Virus record (IMG/VR): IMGVR_UViG_3300042904_000308
Coordinates: 32,001 to 96,000 of that record
Origin: a virus
Length of the DNA stretch: 64,000 nt
Direction: 5' to 3' (one strand)
Below the pieces are notes generated by a model, which saw only the letters and a program-made list of their open reading frames with translations, made no database searches and was not told the DNA's origin. Shown piece by piece: positions 21,782-33,018 of this stretch. Within the stretch, counting starts at the first letter, position 1. Every line of letters starts with the position of its first letter. The position numbers and the translations under genes were made by a program.

Positions 21782-22393
21782 CTATGGTTTTGACTGATTG
21801 ATCTGACATATGCACCCTTTCTCTCGCACCGCAGCACCGAGCTTGGCGAGTTCCAGCAGTTCGAGGAACATCCGAGCAGGCGTCATGACGTGGGCCTCCC
21901 CCTTGTCGCCAGGGATGAGTACGTGATCCTCGGTGTACTGATTGTTGACCCAGTGGACCCACAGGATGCCGAGCTCGCCAGCGTCCTTGGCCTCCTGAAA
22001 CGTCTGGTCGATAACGCTCTTCTTCAATGTGAAGGTCTTGTCACCTGTCGGCGTCAGGATGCTTGCACCCTTACACTCGATCTTCACGAAGTCCCGACCG
22101 AGCATGTCCTTGACCTCGACGTCACCCGTCAGGTTGCGGGAGCCTGTCTTGATCGCACCGCTCATCGGCGTGCGCTCGCCGCCTGTGAGGGCAGCGACGT
22201 TGCGCTCGACGCTCTTGCCAAAATTTCGGTTGCGGTTGTTCTGTTCCTGGCGGGTCTTTCCCGCCGCGTTCAACTGGGGAATCTCCTGATCGCTCTTCTT
22301 CGATCCACCCTTTTTTGGTGCCGCCTTCCCCGCTGCCTTCTTCTTCTTCGAAGACTCGGGCTTGGGAACAGGCGAAAAGTATCTATCTGACAT
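21782..22393 (-). CDS. Holliday-junction-resolvase-like PD-(D/E)xK nuclease
   Basis: GKSVERNVA...SGA...GDV...IECK. Confidence 0.7.
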   Translation of the reverse strand: MSDRYFSPVPKPESSKKKKAAGKAAPKKGGSKKSDQEIPQLNAAGKTRQEQNNRNRNFGKSVERNVAALTGGERTPMSGAIKTGSRNLTGDVEVKDMLGRDFVKIECKGASILTPTGDKTFTLKKSVIDQTFQEAKDAGELGILWVHWVNNQYTEDHVLIPGDKGEAHVMTPARMFLELLELAKLGAAVREKGCICQINQSKP

Positions 22394-22404
22394 GTATCCT
22401 TATT

Positions 22405-22902
22405 TCACTTCTTCATCTTCTGAATAAAGGTCAAAGCGTGCTCTCGTAACCGTTCCCCGTCACGCTTACCCAGCTCCACCCGTTCGCCGTACGTCAGTGG
22501 CTCCAGCTCCTGATAGGGCATGTAGTACGAACCAAAACCGTCATCAGGGAACGAAACGTTCACCCAGTACCCGCTGCCGAACGTCTCGAACAAGCCTCGA
22601 TCACGTCCCACAGCGTTATGTTTCGAGTCAATCCACTCGAAATCAAACCGCATCTCGACTCCATTCACGTCGGTGCCGCCTTGTGCGAGTACCGCATTCA
22701 AGTACTCGGCATACGGCATCCCGCTCACGGACACCAATCGTCCACCAGGCAGGTACATCCGTTCTGCCGTCGGTGTCCGCAAAAGACATGACAGAACCAC
22801 AGGACTCGTGTTCTCGGCCTCAGTGCCGTCTGCCGCAACTGTCGCTCCCGCTGTAACAACGGCTGCTCCGCCCAACCACTTGAACATTTCCCTACGATTC
22901 AT
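22405..22902 (-). CDS. Hypothetical protein with twin-arginine-like signal peptide
   Basis: MNRREMFKWLGGAAVVTAGATVAA from ATG at 22902, coupled to the upstream stop. Confidence 0.55.
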   Translation of the reverse strand: MNRREMFKWLGGAAVVTAGATVAADGTEAENTSPVVLSCLLRTPTAERMYLPGGRLVSVSGMPYAEYLNAVLAQGGTDVNGVEMRFDFEWIDSKHNAVGRDRGLFETFGSGYWVNVSFPDDGFGSYYMPYQELEPLTYGERVELGKRDGERLREHALTFIQKMKK

Positions 22903-23555
22903 CAGACGAGCGCCCCTCCCGCGATGACCAGCTGCCTGCACACGTCTCGTACGTGATCCAGATCGCCGTCCACGTTCATCAGGCTGAAGTCCGCGTCGAG
23001 CTCATCGACATACGTCTCACTCGGGTGGCTCAGGATTTTCTCCAGCTCCTGGTCAATCAGTGTGTCGTCGTCTCCGAACTTGGCGCTCAGCATCGAGCGG
23101 ATGCTGTCCAGCCTCGAACGCTCGTCACGCACGATGCGAATGATCGTGAAGCCCATCTCCTGCAGCGCCTCGATTTCATTCGGAAAGCGGCAGTCGTCGC
23201 AGACCACCAGATGCGGCTTGCCATACAGCGAACAGCCTGTGCGGTCCATTCTGAGCTCTTCGCGAAACAGGTCGACCCATAAAGAATCTGGCCCGACGTA
23301 CTGCCGACCGAGCTCGGTGCCAACACCTTGCAGCAGCCAGCGCAAATCGTTCTTGTCTCGATCAAGCTGGGCTCGGGTCATCGACGGCTCTCGACCGATG
23401 TGCGTGAGGAACGCATTGATCATATCGACCGAGGCGTTCTTGACGGGATCGGCAAACGCCATCCGCAGAAAGTCGTGACACTCGACCAGCTCGTTCGCGA
23501 ACGTCGTCTTGCCGCTGTGCATCTTCGCGACAAACGCAATGTATTGTGTTTCCAA
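22902..23555 (-). CDS. Deoxynucleoside monophosphate kinase
   Basis: GGAG RBS + TTG start; AKMHSGKTT, FADPVK, RWLLQGVGTE, DDCRFPNE, HPSE. Confidence 0.88.
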   Translation of the reverse strand: METQYIAFVAKMHSGKTTFANELVECHDFLRMAFADPVKNASVDMINAFLTHIGREPSMTRAQLDRDKNDLRWLLQGVGTELGRQYVGPDSLWVDLFREELRMDRTGCSLYGKPHLVVCDDCRFPNEIEALQEMGFTIIRIVRDERSRLDSIRSMLSAKFGDDDTLIDQELEKILSHPSETYVDELDADFSLMNVDGDLDHVRDVCRQLVIAGGALV

Positions 23556-23619
23556 CCTTATCTCCGTATCCAAACAATGAGTAGTAATCCGAAACAAATG
23601 AATGCAACCGTGATCATGG

Positions 23620-24204
23620 CTAGCGGTACTCCCAGGCGTGGTCACACACTTCCCACCAGTCGAACACCCGATGCAGACGCTCGTGCTGAGGCACCTGCTG
23701 GTTATAAGGCTTGTCGATGACATAGACCTGATCGAACAGGCCGCTCGCTGGCATCTCCGTCGTGTGGTGTGGTGCATCCTCGACGACTTTGGTGAGGCCC
23801 AGGCGTCGGGCCGCATCAATCTTGCGATTCCCTGGTTCCTTCTTGCTCGTCGTCGTCACCTGCATCGGCGGGAAATCATTGCGGTTCAGCCACGCCTCGA
23901 TCCACTCTTTCATATGTGGCAGGCGATCCGAGACAACGAACAAGTCCTGCCCGTGGTCGTAGAGCTCCCACACGGCATCCTCCGCGTTGGCAACAGGCGG
24001 CACACGCAGCGTCCAGTCACGGCTGAGGAAACATTCCTCGCCCCACACGTAATCACCGTGCTCTTTCGGCTGCGCTCTCCAGAACTCCCAGTCCTCGATC
24101 ATATGCGTGCTGTACTCGGTCCCGAAGTAGTCGTTACAGCTTCGGACAGAGGCTCCGTCGAGGTCTGCCAGAACGCTGTCAAAGTCGATGAGCCATCTCG
24201 ACAA
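23620..24204 (-). CDS. HAD-family 5'(3')-deoxyribonucleotidase-like protein
   Basis: IDFDSVLAD, VSDR, K, VEDAP, KPYN. Confidence 0.8.
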   Translation of the reverse strand: MSRWLIDFDSVLADLDGASVRSCNDYFGTEYSTHMIEDWEFWRAQPKEHGDYVWGEECFLSRDWTLRVPPVANAEDAVWELYDHGQDLFVVSDRLPHMKEWIEAWLNRNDFPPMQVTTTSKKEPGNRKIDAARRLGLTKVVEDAPHHTTEMPASGLFDQVYVIDKPYNQQVPQHERLHRVFDWWEVCDHAWEYR

Positions 24205-24205
24205 A

Positions 24206-24739
24206 TCAGTTCATCCTTTCAAACGACTCCCACTCCAGCAGCGACGTCGGCAGTCGATAAAACGGCTTCGGCTTTCCGCCGTCCTGAAAGTGATCGACCT
24301 CCAGATCAGGCAGCAGCTCCGCGAGCTTGTCCATCGTCATTCTGTAGGAGATAGCTTCGTTCTTACTGTCGTACACAAATACGGTAACAGGTCTTCCGCT
24401 AGACGTTTGCCAATTACAGAGCTGTTGTACATTATCGAGTTTCAGTTTAATGATCTGGTCCCTGCCGACCCCCTTAATCTCGGTGAGGAAGTGGCGTGTG
24501 ATCTTTCCCCTTTCATCTATGAGATGATCGAACCTTTCACCCTGAGCCTCACAGAGGAAGTCGGGCGTGTAACGTAAGAACGGCGAGAGCCGCATGAAGT
24601 GGTCAAAGGGCGGACGCTGCATCCCGTACTCAACGTATGTGATGTCGTTCTGTCTGCACCAATGCTTGAATACTCCCTCGGCCATGTCGCCCATCTTCTT
24701 AAACCGCACGTTAAACGGTTTATCCTTGAATTGGGACAT
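24206..24739 (-). CDS. PD-(D/E)xK nuclease-like protein
   Basis: GDMAEGVF, YTPDFL, EIKG. Confidence 0.55.
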   Translation of the reverse strand: MSQFKDKPFNVRFKKMGDMAEGVFKHWCRQNDITYVEYGMQRPPFDHFMRLSPFLRYTPDFLCEAQGERFDHLIDERGKITRHFLTEIKGVGRDQIIKLKLDNVQQLCNWQTSSGRPVTVFVYDSKNEAISYRMTMDKLAELLPDLEVDHFQDGGKPKPFYRLPTSLLEWESFERMN

Positions 24740-24971
24740 GTCTGTAAATCAACTATTTCCCTTCTGACTGACGCCGCTGCTCGAAGTACGCTTCACGAAA
24801 ACCCTCCGCGAAGCCTGCGTAGTTGACACTGATGAAGAGCGATATCAGTGTGATGATCGTGATCGTGTCGTCGCTGACAGGCCAGTCACCTGTGAACAAC
24901 CGCATGACCAGCAGACCCAGCAGTATGAGAGAGATAACCATGTATGCCTCCTGAAACGAGATGTCAGCTGA

Positions 24972-25667
24972 CTAACTCTCGATAAAGTCGATGAAGTCTC
25001 CGAAGCGTGACTCGAAGCGCGGCCAGTAGCGGTTGCGTACCTGCAGCTTGCCGCACGGCTCGACGCTCACGCCGTCCATCACAGACACGTCAATCGTCGT
25101 GAACTCCTCCCCCTGTCGTACCCGCGCCTTGAAGACGGCGGGGTACCGCTTGTCGATGGGGTCTTCCTTCCCCTGCAGTCGCTTGACCTCGGCCTGCACG
25201 TCACGCAGCGGCACCTCTGCCGCCTGCTTCAGCAGCTCGGGGATCACGTCCTGATGCTCTTCGTCCCGCACCAGCGGCAGGATCGCTCGCACCTTGCTGA
25301 CGCCAGCGTTCAGCATCAGCTCGATGGCACTGTCCACCCGCTCGGCATCGGGCGCGAGCATTGGCAGAACCTCGCGGCGAATCCGCAACAGGTCTTGCAC
25401 AACGCGCCAGCCAAGCTCGATGTGTGGCCCCATCGCCCAGGTCCGCAGATCGGGGCAGCTTCTGGCGAGGTAGTACTGGTTCTCGTCAAACTGGTGCAGC
25501 ATGTTGGCAAGCCTGAAAAAATTGAGCTCGATACTTCGCTTGGTGTCGACGATTTCCGACTCGGCTTCCTCCGCCGCCTGGACCTCCGCCTGTGTAATAT
25601 CTCCGTAGACATCGGCGTATCGGACGAGCTCACCAGAGCCGTCCACTATCCATTGATCCTTAGCCAC
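24972..25667 (-). CDS. Hypothetical protein
   Basis: 231-aa ORF coupled to neighbours, phage-like codon usage. Confidence 0.6.
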   Translation of the reverse strand: MAKDQWIVDGSGELVRYADVYGDITQAEVQAAEEAESEIVDTKRSIELNFFRLANMLHQFDENQYYLARSCPDLRTWAMGPHIELGWRVVQDLLRIRREVLPMLAPDAERVDSAIELMLNAGVSKVRAILPLVRDEEHQDVIPELLKQAAEVPLRDVQAEVKRLQGKEDPIDKRYPAVFKARVRQGEEFTTIDVSVMDGVSVEPCGKLQVRNRYWPRFESRFGDFIDFIES

Positions 25668-26656
25668 TTATCAGTTTCACTCCAGCCTCAGCAAACGCAT
25701 CAAGGACCGCGTCCGCTTCAATTAGCAGGTGCTCGTGAGGAAGGGAGTGCTCTGGCATCTCCTCCCACGGCACCCAGTCTTCACCATCATTCACGGTGCT
25801 CCAGATCGCCTCGGCAACCAGCCGCCGAAACTGCTCAGGATGTCCCTGCTGCACCACCGTCACGACCACATCTTCCAGAACTCAAGCAGGACGATGATCA
25901 GCGGGATGTTCCACACCACGCCGCGCACAATCTCCGCTTCCGATTTCTCCACCGTCTCCCGCCTCATCCTCAGGGCGAGCTCAGGCGCAAACAAATTGAT
26001 CGTAATCATGACCGTCACCGCAAACGCGACGATCAGGAATGATCCAAATACAATCCAGTCCCACATTTAATTCATTCTTCCTTTACCAAGACACTCGACA
26101 GATTTTGTCGTCTGACCTGTTGACTGATCCATCGTGGTACTGATCCGATACCGCGTAGGGCGGTTTGCCCACCTGTGTGCCGCGCCCCAGCCCTTCAGAA
26201 ACAACTGCAGCAGGACGTTAACAACGACGGCAACAATCAACCCCAGCGCTAGCCAGCCAACAATCCAGAGCGCGACTAACGACTCAGATTCCATTGCGTT
26301 GTTCCACTCTTCCTTATCACTCTACTCCTACAAGCTCATAGACAGGCTCAAGTGTCGGCACGCGCTCGCACTCTTTCTGTCGGTAGATCGTCTTTCCAAT
26401 CATCTTGGTATCCCAATGACAGCGGTACTCATTCTCGTAGAAGTAGCTCTCGCCTCCTCCGCCGCCGAGCAGAGAAGCAGCCAGCAAGATGACGACCGTA
26501 ATACCGACGATATGCGCAAAGATAACACCGATCATAGCCAACATCGGCACAAACGAGTAGTATCCGAACTCATTTTCAAGTGTGTTATTGTGGTTTCCCC
26601 ACCAGTCAAAGTACCGCTGCACTGGGCGAAGAGCTCTGACTACATACGTCACACAA

Positions 26657-27613
26657 CTAATCCTTTCTTCCTTTTTGTACGCGCTCCGTGAGCGATCCCT
26701 TCACTGGGTGTGGCTCAACGGGCTCGGGTTTCGGTTGTGACCATGTCGTCTTCGCGGGGTAGAACGTCACAGGCGTGCTGCCCGTCGGACCCTCGCGGTT
26801 CTTGGCGATGATAATCCGAGCGTCCCGCTCCTCTTCCAGTGGCGGTGAACCGTTCATCTGCTCGTAGTAGTACGGTCGGAACGGGAACCAGACATTCTCC
26901 GCGTCCTGCTCGACCGCGCCCGAGTCACGGATGTCCGACATGTTCGGTATCTTGTTCTCGCGACCCTCAACACTACGATTCAGCTGTACCAGTGCGATGA
27001 TCGGAATGTTGAGATAATCAGGCCGAGCCAGCGCACGCAGGTTGCTGCTGATACGGGCTACTCTTTCGTTCTCGTTCACCTTGGCGGCATCCCTCAGCAG
27101 GGAGAGGTAGTCCACGACGACCAGCCCGAGGGGAGGCCCAGGGGCGGCGGCTGCGCGTTCTGCCCACTTCTCCGCGTCGTCGGCCAGCCCCTCAGATGTG
27201 AAGGTGGTGTCGGCCATTGCGATGGGGTACTGGCGCAGCTCTTCCGCAGCCTGCTTGACCCTGCGAAACTCCTCAGGGCTGAGCATGCCGCGCACGATCT
27301 TGCCGCCTGGGATCATCGTCATGCTGGAGAGCATGCGGTTGACCATCCGCTCGGCGGTCATCTCCAGCGAGTAGAAGAGCACGCGGTTATTGGCCTTCGC
27401 CACGTTCTGCGCGATGTTCAGGGCGAGGGATGTCTTCCCTACCCCTGGACGCGCTCCGATAATTGTCAGTGTGTCGGGCTGGAGCCCTCCCGTCAGCTCG
27501 TCGACGCGATGAAAGCCAGTGGGGATGCCGATTGTCTCGACACCCCCACGTTTCTGCCGCTCTCCGACGATCCCGAGGTAGCTCTTCGCCACGTCCGCGA
27601 TCAGACGTGCCAT
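26657..27613 (-). CDS. dnaB: DnaB-like replicative helicase (C-terminal RecA domain only)
   Basis: IPTGF, GARPGVGKTS, SLEM, VVDYL, QLNR, DIRDSGAVEQDA, KNREG. Confidence 0.92.
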   Translation of the reverse strand: MARLIADVAKSYLGIVGERQKRGGVETIGIPTGFHRVDELTGGLQPDTLTIIGARPGVGKTSLALNIAQNVAKANNRVLFYSLEMTAERMVNRMLSSMTMIPGGKIVRGMLSPEEFRRVKQAAEELRQYPIAMADTTFTSEGLADDAEKWAERAAAAPGPPLGLVVVDYLSLLRDAAKVNENERVARISSNLRALARPDYLNIPIIALVQLNRSVEGRENKIPNMSDIRDSGAVEQDAENVWFPFRPYYYEQMNGSPPLEEERDARIIIAKNREGPTGSTPVTFYPAKTTWSQPKPEPVEPHPVKGSLTERVQKGRKD

Positions 27614-28576
27614 ATATCCTCATTCCCAGTTAATATGCAGCACATAGTGGTCTTTCAGTTCAAACGTTCCCTTCCACCATTGATTGACAACCGTGACTTC
27701 ACCGCTCAACAGGCGAGCCATTTCCTCGACGGTGTCAAGCTCGATAGCGGGGAGCGTCTGGATCAGTGTCCTTGTGTAGTAGGTGCGCCCATCGTAGTAG
27801 CGACCGTCGTTCGCGTCGGTGCCCCGCTGATGGATTTGATGGTCCTGACCTTCAGACTTCCAGTCCTCGATCCACTCATCCCGTTGCTGCTGCTCGAAGA
27901 TCGTGAGCCCTCGCCGTGTCTCAAGGTAGTCCCAGCTTGTGTACCCTTCCTCGCACCCTTCGAACTCATGCTCGAACATCCCTGGGATGGGATCGGTGTC
28001 GATCAGATTGACGGCGAAAATCATGACATCCTCCCCGCCACCTGAGCCTCAACCCGCGCTCTCTGAGCCTTGGCAGCGCGTCGGTTGGAGTAGATCGCTG
28101 CACCGATGCAGAACGCGGTGGCAAGGAGCCAGAGCAGAATTCCTGAGACGACAACCTGATCCATTGTCGTCCCTGGTATCCCCGTCTCTCTCCACGACCA
28201 GAGCTCGACGATGAGGGCATACAATCCGAAGCTGACCGCGATACCAACGAGGATAATGAAACCCACGCCGAAGAACACAAACAACGCACGGTCGCTCCAA
28301 CGGACTGCGCGACGATCCCACACGTCTTCTTCCATCATGGTCACTTCCCTCCGTCGATCCAGCGAGTCACGACGTTGTCACCACTAACGAGCCACACAAT
28401 GCCACCGCAGACGTACCCCGTCGTCACCACAACGCCCGTGAACCCGACCAGCGCGATCAGGCCTGACGACAGGCCGTCCTCCAGCCCGATAGCAATGCTC
28501 AGGGCGGGTACGGCAATCAGCCAGGCCAGCACGCACGCCACCGCAATCATTCGACCTAACTCCGACCTCGGCCAGC

Positions 28577-29278
28577 TCATTCCCACACCCCCTCTGGAAT
28601 CTCGAAGTAGTTCGTTTCAGGTGGAGCCTGATAGCTCACGGTCTTCTTGCTCCCTTCCCGCTGGCCCGTGACCCCGTTCAGGAATCCATACACGGCTCTC
28701 AGCGGGTCTTTCGCTTTGCGTTTCTTTCTCAGCTCCCTCAGGACCGTCTTCGGCCCGAAGCGGTCGAACTGCTGGCCGAGGTAGAACGTTTCTTTGGGGC
28801 TCAGGCCTCGGCCCAGGATGTACTCGACCTCTCGCACAGCCTTGCCGATTTCTGGCGGCAGCTCTTCCGCGAGGCCGCTCTCATCGCCCGACTCCAGCTG
28901 CGCGATGCGGTTGTGGAGCCGCGTGATCGTCTTCTCCAGGTCCGTGATCCGCCCCTGCTCGTCCTCCTCTTCAGCGAACGAGAGCTTCTTGTCGCTCCCC
29001 GCGACGAACTTGGGGATCACGATGCTCGTACCAGAACGCTCGATGTAGGGGTCAATCGTCCCGCCTGCGCAGGCAGGGGATTCGAGCCACTGCAGCGCGG
29101 CCCGAACCGTCGTCCGCGAGTGACCAGTGAGCCGAGCAAGCTCACTGACCGTCACATCGAGATGCCCCTGCAGGTCCGACCGCAGGAGCAGTGCCATGAA
29201 CACCTTGAGCTGGGCCTCCGTCATCACCGACAGGTGATCGATCAGCCCAACCCGTACCATTGAGAACTGTGAGGGCAT
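28577..29278 (-). CDS. Putative replication initiator (N-terminal wHTH, DnaD-like C-terminus)
   Basis: MTEAQLKVFMAL...TVSELARLTGHSRTTVRAALQWL; GRGLSPKE...FG. Confidence 0.6.
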   Translation of the reverse strand: MPSQFSMVRVGLIDHLSVMTEAQLKVFMALLLRSDLQGHLDVTVSELARLTGHSRTTVRAALQWLESPACAGGTIDPYIERSGTSIVIPKFVAGSDKKLSFAEEEDEQGRITDLEKTITRLHNRIAQLESGDESGLAEELPPEIGKAVREVEYILGRGLSPKETFYLGQQFDRFGPKTVLRELRKKRKAKDPLRAVYGFLNGVTGQREGSKKTVSYQAPPETNYFEIPEGVWE

Positions 29279-29752
29279 AACTACTCCCGAGACTCAAAGG
29301 GTCCGTTGTCGTTGAACACCGACGAGCGCCGATTGAATACGGGAAACGGCGGCTTCGGTGGCGTGTTACCTGCGATCTGGCGGACCTTCGCGACCAGCGC
29401 GGCCACGTCATCAAAGCGTCCCAGCGTCACGTAGAATGGGTCACTGCCTTGCCCGACCTGGATGACAAGCTCCTCACCCTGTAGCGTCACCTTAACCTGA
29501 TCAGGCATATCCTCTCGCAGTGTCAGGTCAATTCGATCAAGATTCATGCCAGTATCAACGCCTCCCCCACTCTCTTCACAACGTGACTCGCGTACTGCTT
29601 CGCCATCGCAGGCGTTGCAGGGTCGATGTAGTATTCACACCCTGCCCAGTTCGCCTTGTTCCTCGCCCACTCCGTGACATCCTCATGCTCACCTGTCAAC
29701 AGGAACTCACCGTAGCCAATGATGTACACGTAATACGTCTTCGGCGTGTGCA

Positions 29753-30310
29753 TCAGAACGGCACAGGCTCCTTGCTCTTTGCCGCAGCCGCTGACTTCGA
29801 GGTCGCCGCCCGTCGCTCGTTGGCGATGACGACCTCCTCGTAGGACGCATAGCTCTCGACGTCACCGAACCCAGCCGCGCCGAGGGCACGACCGATGGCG
29901 CTCGTCTCGCAGTCCTCGCGAGGGCTGGTGTTCTTCGCCGCCTTGCCCGACGACTCCCGCAGGTTCTGGCTCTGGCCGTAGTAGGTACCGTAGAGCCCCT
30001 TGCCCAGCTCCGCGATGATGGACGGCTTCACCGAGTCGGGGATGTCCGCACTGATCGACGCATCGTTGATCGCTCGAAACACCCGCTCATTGAGCACCGT
30101 CACCCGCGCCTGGATGATGATGTACTTCTCATCGTCGGGATCGAGCTCCTTCGTCTCCACGCCGACCAGCTGTCCAATGCCGTGCGCGAGGTAGAGCCGA
30201 CCGTTGACCGTGATGTAATCGTTTCCGCTCAGGACTTTGATGTAGCCCTTCGATTTCAAGTCCTTCTTATCAATGTTGTGTGCTGGCAACTCTTCCTCCT
30301 GTCGTGCCAC
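29753..30310 (-). CDS. Rad52/Sak-like single-strand annealing protein
   Basis: GNDYITVNGRL, EDCETSAIGRALGAAGFG..ASYEEV, C-terminal PF. Confidence 0.75.
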   Translation of the reverse strand: MARQEEELPAHNIDKKDLKSKGYIKVLSGNDYITVNGRLYLAHGIGQLVGVETKELDPDDEKYIIIQARVTVLNERVFRAINDASISADIPDSVKPSIIAELGKGLYGTYYGQSQNLRESSGKAAKNTSPREDCETSAIGRALGAAGFGDVESYASYEEVVIANERRAATSKSAAAAKSKEPVPF

Positions 30311-30518
30311 TAATCCAGTGTTATCTTAAGCTAAATGTCTAGGGGCTCCGCCCCCTCGTTTTCAGATACCGTACGTTAGGCCGCTCGGTAAAGTGTGAGG
30401 CCCAGGCTTGAGAAGGGTGCTGTGTTCCTGTGTGCCTTCATCAATGCGCTCTGTACCATGTTTCCGATCAGTTGCCGTATGTTCTACCCCCGCCTTCCTG
30501 ACAATAAATACAGTCCTC

Positions 30519-30552
30519 CACTATTAATATCGTCACAGGCCGCTCGAAACTT
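30519..30552 (-). promoter_or_regulatory. Repeated phage promoter, copy 4 (head of replication block)
   Basis: cactattaatatcgtcacaggccgctcgaaactt on + strand. Confidence 0.8.
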
Positions 30553-30686
30553 TCACTTTCCGCAGGCAATCCTGAAAATTGGTCCGATCTGCTGGTGTGC
30601 GTTTTGTTAAAGTCCGTCGGTGGGCCTCCCTGCTTGGGTCAGATCGCGTCAGCGGGAGGGGCAATCTGCTCACGGCGCGTGACCAG

Positions 30687-30721
30687 AAAAAGAAAAACGC
30701 CCCGACGTCGTTGTCGAGGCG
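30687..30721 (-). terminator. Intrinsic terminator ending the early-region transcript
   Basis: CGCCTCGAC-loop-GTCGGGGCG followed by TTTTTCTTTTT. Confidence 0.8.
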
Positions 30722-31165
30722 AATTTCACCAATTGATTCCGTTGCGCGGTGTATTTCTGCTATCGTCGCAGCAATTATTAAATGGCCGCGAAGAACGGGG
30801 TGATCTGTGGCGTTTCCCGATGCTCAATCAGCGGGAGCGGGGGCATGACCTGCATGCCATGTAGCCGCACGGTGAACCGATCACAGTCGTGGACCTCCAC
30901 CACACTCATGACCACGACCTCGTTGAGCTCGTTGAATCGCTTGAATGCCTCATAGACTTTCAACGACAGCTCGCCTGTGCTGTCCTTGCCCGTAACTTCG
31001 ATGACCTGGGTATCCTCCAGCTCCATCAAGTAGGGGTAATGCAGCTCGCCTTTTAATATCGCCGTCCTCTTGGGGTTGCGAATCAAACGGGTAAGGGATT
31101 GTTCGATTGTTTCGCAGGTATGCACTGGTTGTTTACCTTTTCACAGCCAAAAGCGGATAAGATGG

Positions 31166-31789
31166 TTAGAGTTTTCGAGGATCGAGTTGAAATGCGCTAC
31201 CTTCCTTCTTCAGTCGGCGCTTGAGCCTGTGCGCTTGCAGGTGCAGCGACTTGGTATCTTCTCCTGATACCTTGCGCCGTTGCCACTCCGTCATCAGACA
31301 GATCGCCTTGCGCTCTGTCTTGCTCGCACTGTCCCAAATCTCCTGAAGACGCTCCGATGGCGTGCATTCAATCGCCTCGATTTCATCGTCGTGGGCGTCG
31401 TCGTGAATCTCCTGGGTGCGGTACTCGAAGATGCCGCAGTCCGAGACTCCCGACTTGCACATTGGCATCGCTACATACGCCAGCCGCGTCGTACGCTCCG
31501 CCTTGCCCGACGATTTGCTTCTCCCTTGCACCTGTCGAATCTTGTCGACCTGTGCATTCCTCAGGTGCCACTGCGCGACCTCGACGTTGCTGTTCACGGT
31601 CTGAATGACGTTGGAGTCATCCACCTGAACCGTCGAGCGCGTGCCGTGGGCCTTCAGGAAGCGATACATCGCGTCCTGACGCACATCACGATCCCGCAAC
31701 GATGCGGAATCAACCTCCTCGATAGGCGCTCCCTCCGCGTGATAGACAAGAAACTCTCCCAGGGTGACACTCGACCAACCGTCTGACAC
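31166..31789 (-). CDS. Hypothetical protein, possibly sigma-factor-like regulator
   Basis: C-terminal RLQEIWDSASKTERKAI..., basic helix. Confidence 0.35.
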   Translation of the reverse strand: MSDGWSSVTLGEFLVYHAEGAPIEEVDSASLRDRDVRQDAMYRFLKAHGTRSTVQVDDSNVIQTVNSNVEVAQWHLRNAQVDKIRQVQGRSKSSGKAERTTRLAYVAMPMCKSGVSDCGIFEYRTQEIHDDAHDDEIEAIECTPSERLQEIWDSASKTERKAICLMTEWQRRKVSGEDTKSLHLQAHRLKRRLKKEGSAFQLDPRKL

Positions 31790-32187
31790 TTATCTTCTCC
31801 GCGTGGTGAACAATTAGATCGACACTTATTCATCCGTCTCGGTTATCGAGAACCCCTCCGCTTCCAGTTCCGTCTCTCGGAACACGTATGCCCTTCCTCC
31901 GCCTACTGGCACGACCGTCACACCCTTACCCCTGCGACGTCGCGCCGTGATGAATGGTGGGTGGATGGCTGCAACGATCCACTCCGTACCATCATTTCGG
32001 GTGAGTCGATCACCCTTGTTAACGCTCTGCATCTAAACTCGACCTTTCGAAGGTGCGATACCACCGCAGCGGTCAAATTCAGAAGCGCTACGCGCTCCTA
32101 ACCCTGGCGCTTCGGCGCTCTCTGAGCTGATAGCTCTTGTGTGGTTTAGATGCTCACGTGTCGCTCTTGCGATCAAGTGATGACGTG

Positions 32188-32217
32188 AGCATAGACCACA
32201 GGTTATTAACGTGTCAA
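32188..32217 (-). promoter_or_regulatory. sigma70-like promoter with overlapping inverted repeat
   Basis: TTGACA-N18-TATGCT; ATGCTCACGT (32150-32159) / ACGTGAGCAT (32183-32192). Confidence 0.6.
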
Positions 32218-33018
32218 GAGCAATTGTTCACTGCGAGACTCCTGACACACATTTGACACACCCGTCAGTGAGATACGTGAAACTGGTAGGCTCCATAATC
32301 CCGTATCGAGATAGGCCTGCGCCTCGATCACGCTCTCGGATGCGAGCGTTACGGTGGCCGAAAAGAACCATGTCTTGATGCGATCCTCATACCACGACAC
32401 CCCCAGTTCACCAACAACCGCTGGCACGATTCCTGCGACATCAAACCGTTCCACTACTGCGCGAGGGATGCGTATCGGTACCACCTTGGCTCTGCGTTCA
32501 ACGCCACCAGTGGCAATCCACTCCTCCGTCGAGAGGAGAAAGGCTGCGTCATCAGCTGACACAGCCTCCACAACACCACTCACGAGCGCCACGTAGTTAG
32601 CCATCAACACGCTCGTCACTTGCTAACGTGAAGTGAACGTACTGCGTGTGCATGAGGCCCAGCAGCTGGGACACGTGAGCGCTCTCAACTGGCGCGTCGT
32701 CGAGTGTTTCCAGCATGTGTTCCGAGAGCCCTCGCTGGATCAGTCCCTCCAGTGCGACATCAGCACGCACGAGCGCCTGAATCTCCGTCGGAGATGGAAG
32801 CTCATCACCGTGCAACGCCACCATCGCGGGACCATCGTCGTCCGTGCCGACCGACAGCCCCCAGTCGTTGGGGCTCTGCACCATGACCTCGGTGTACTTG
32901 CTGGAGCAGATCACCCACCCCTCGTCGGGGTTAAGCTCGCTCAGCGGCGTTGCGCTGGTCTTGAGCGGGTAGCCGAGCTCGGATGCGAGCACGTCTGCCG
33001 CTCGAATGTGGTCGAACA

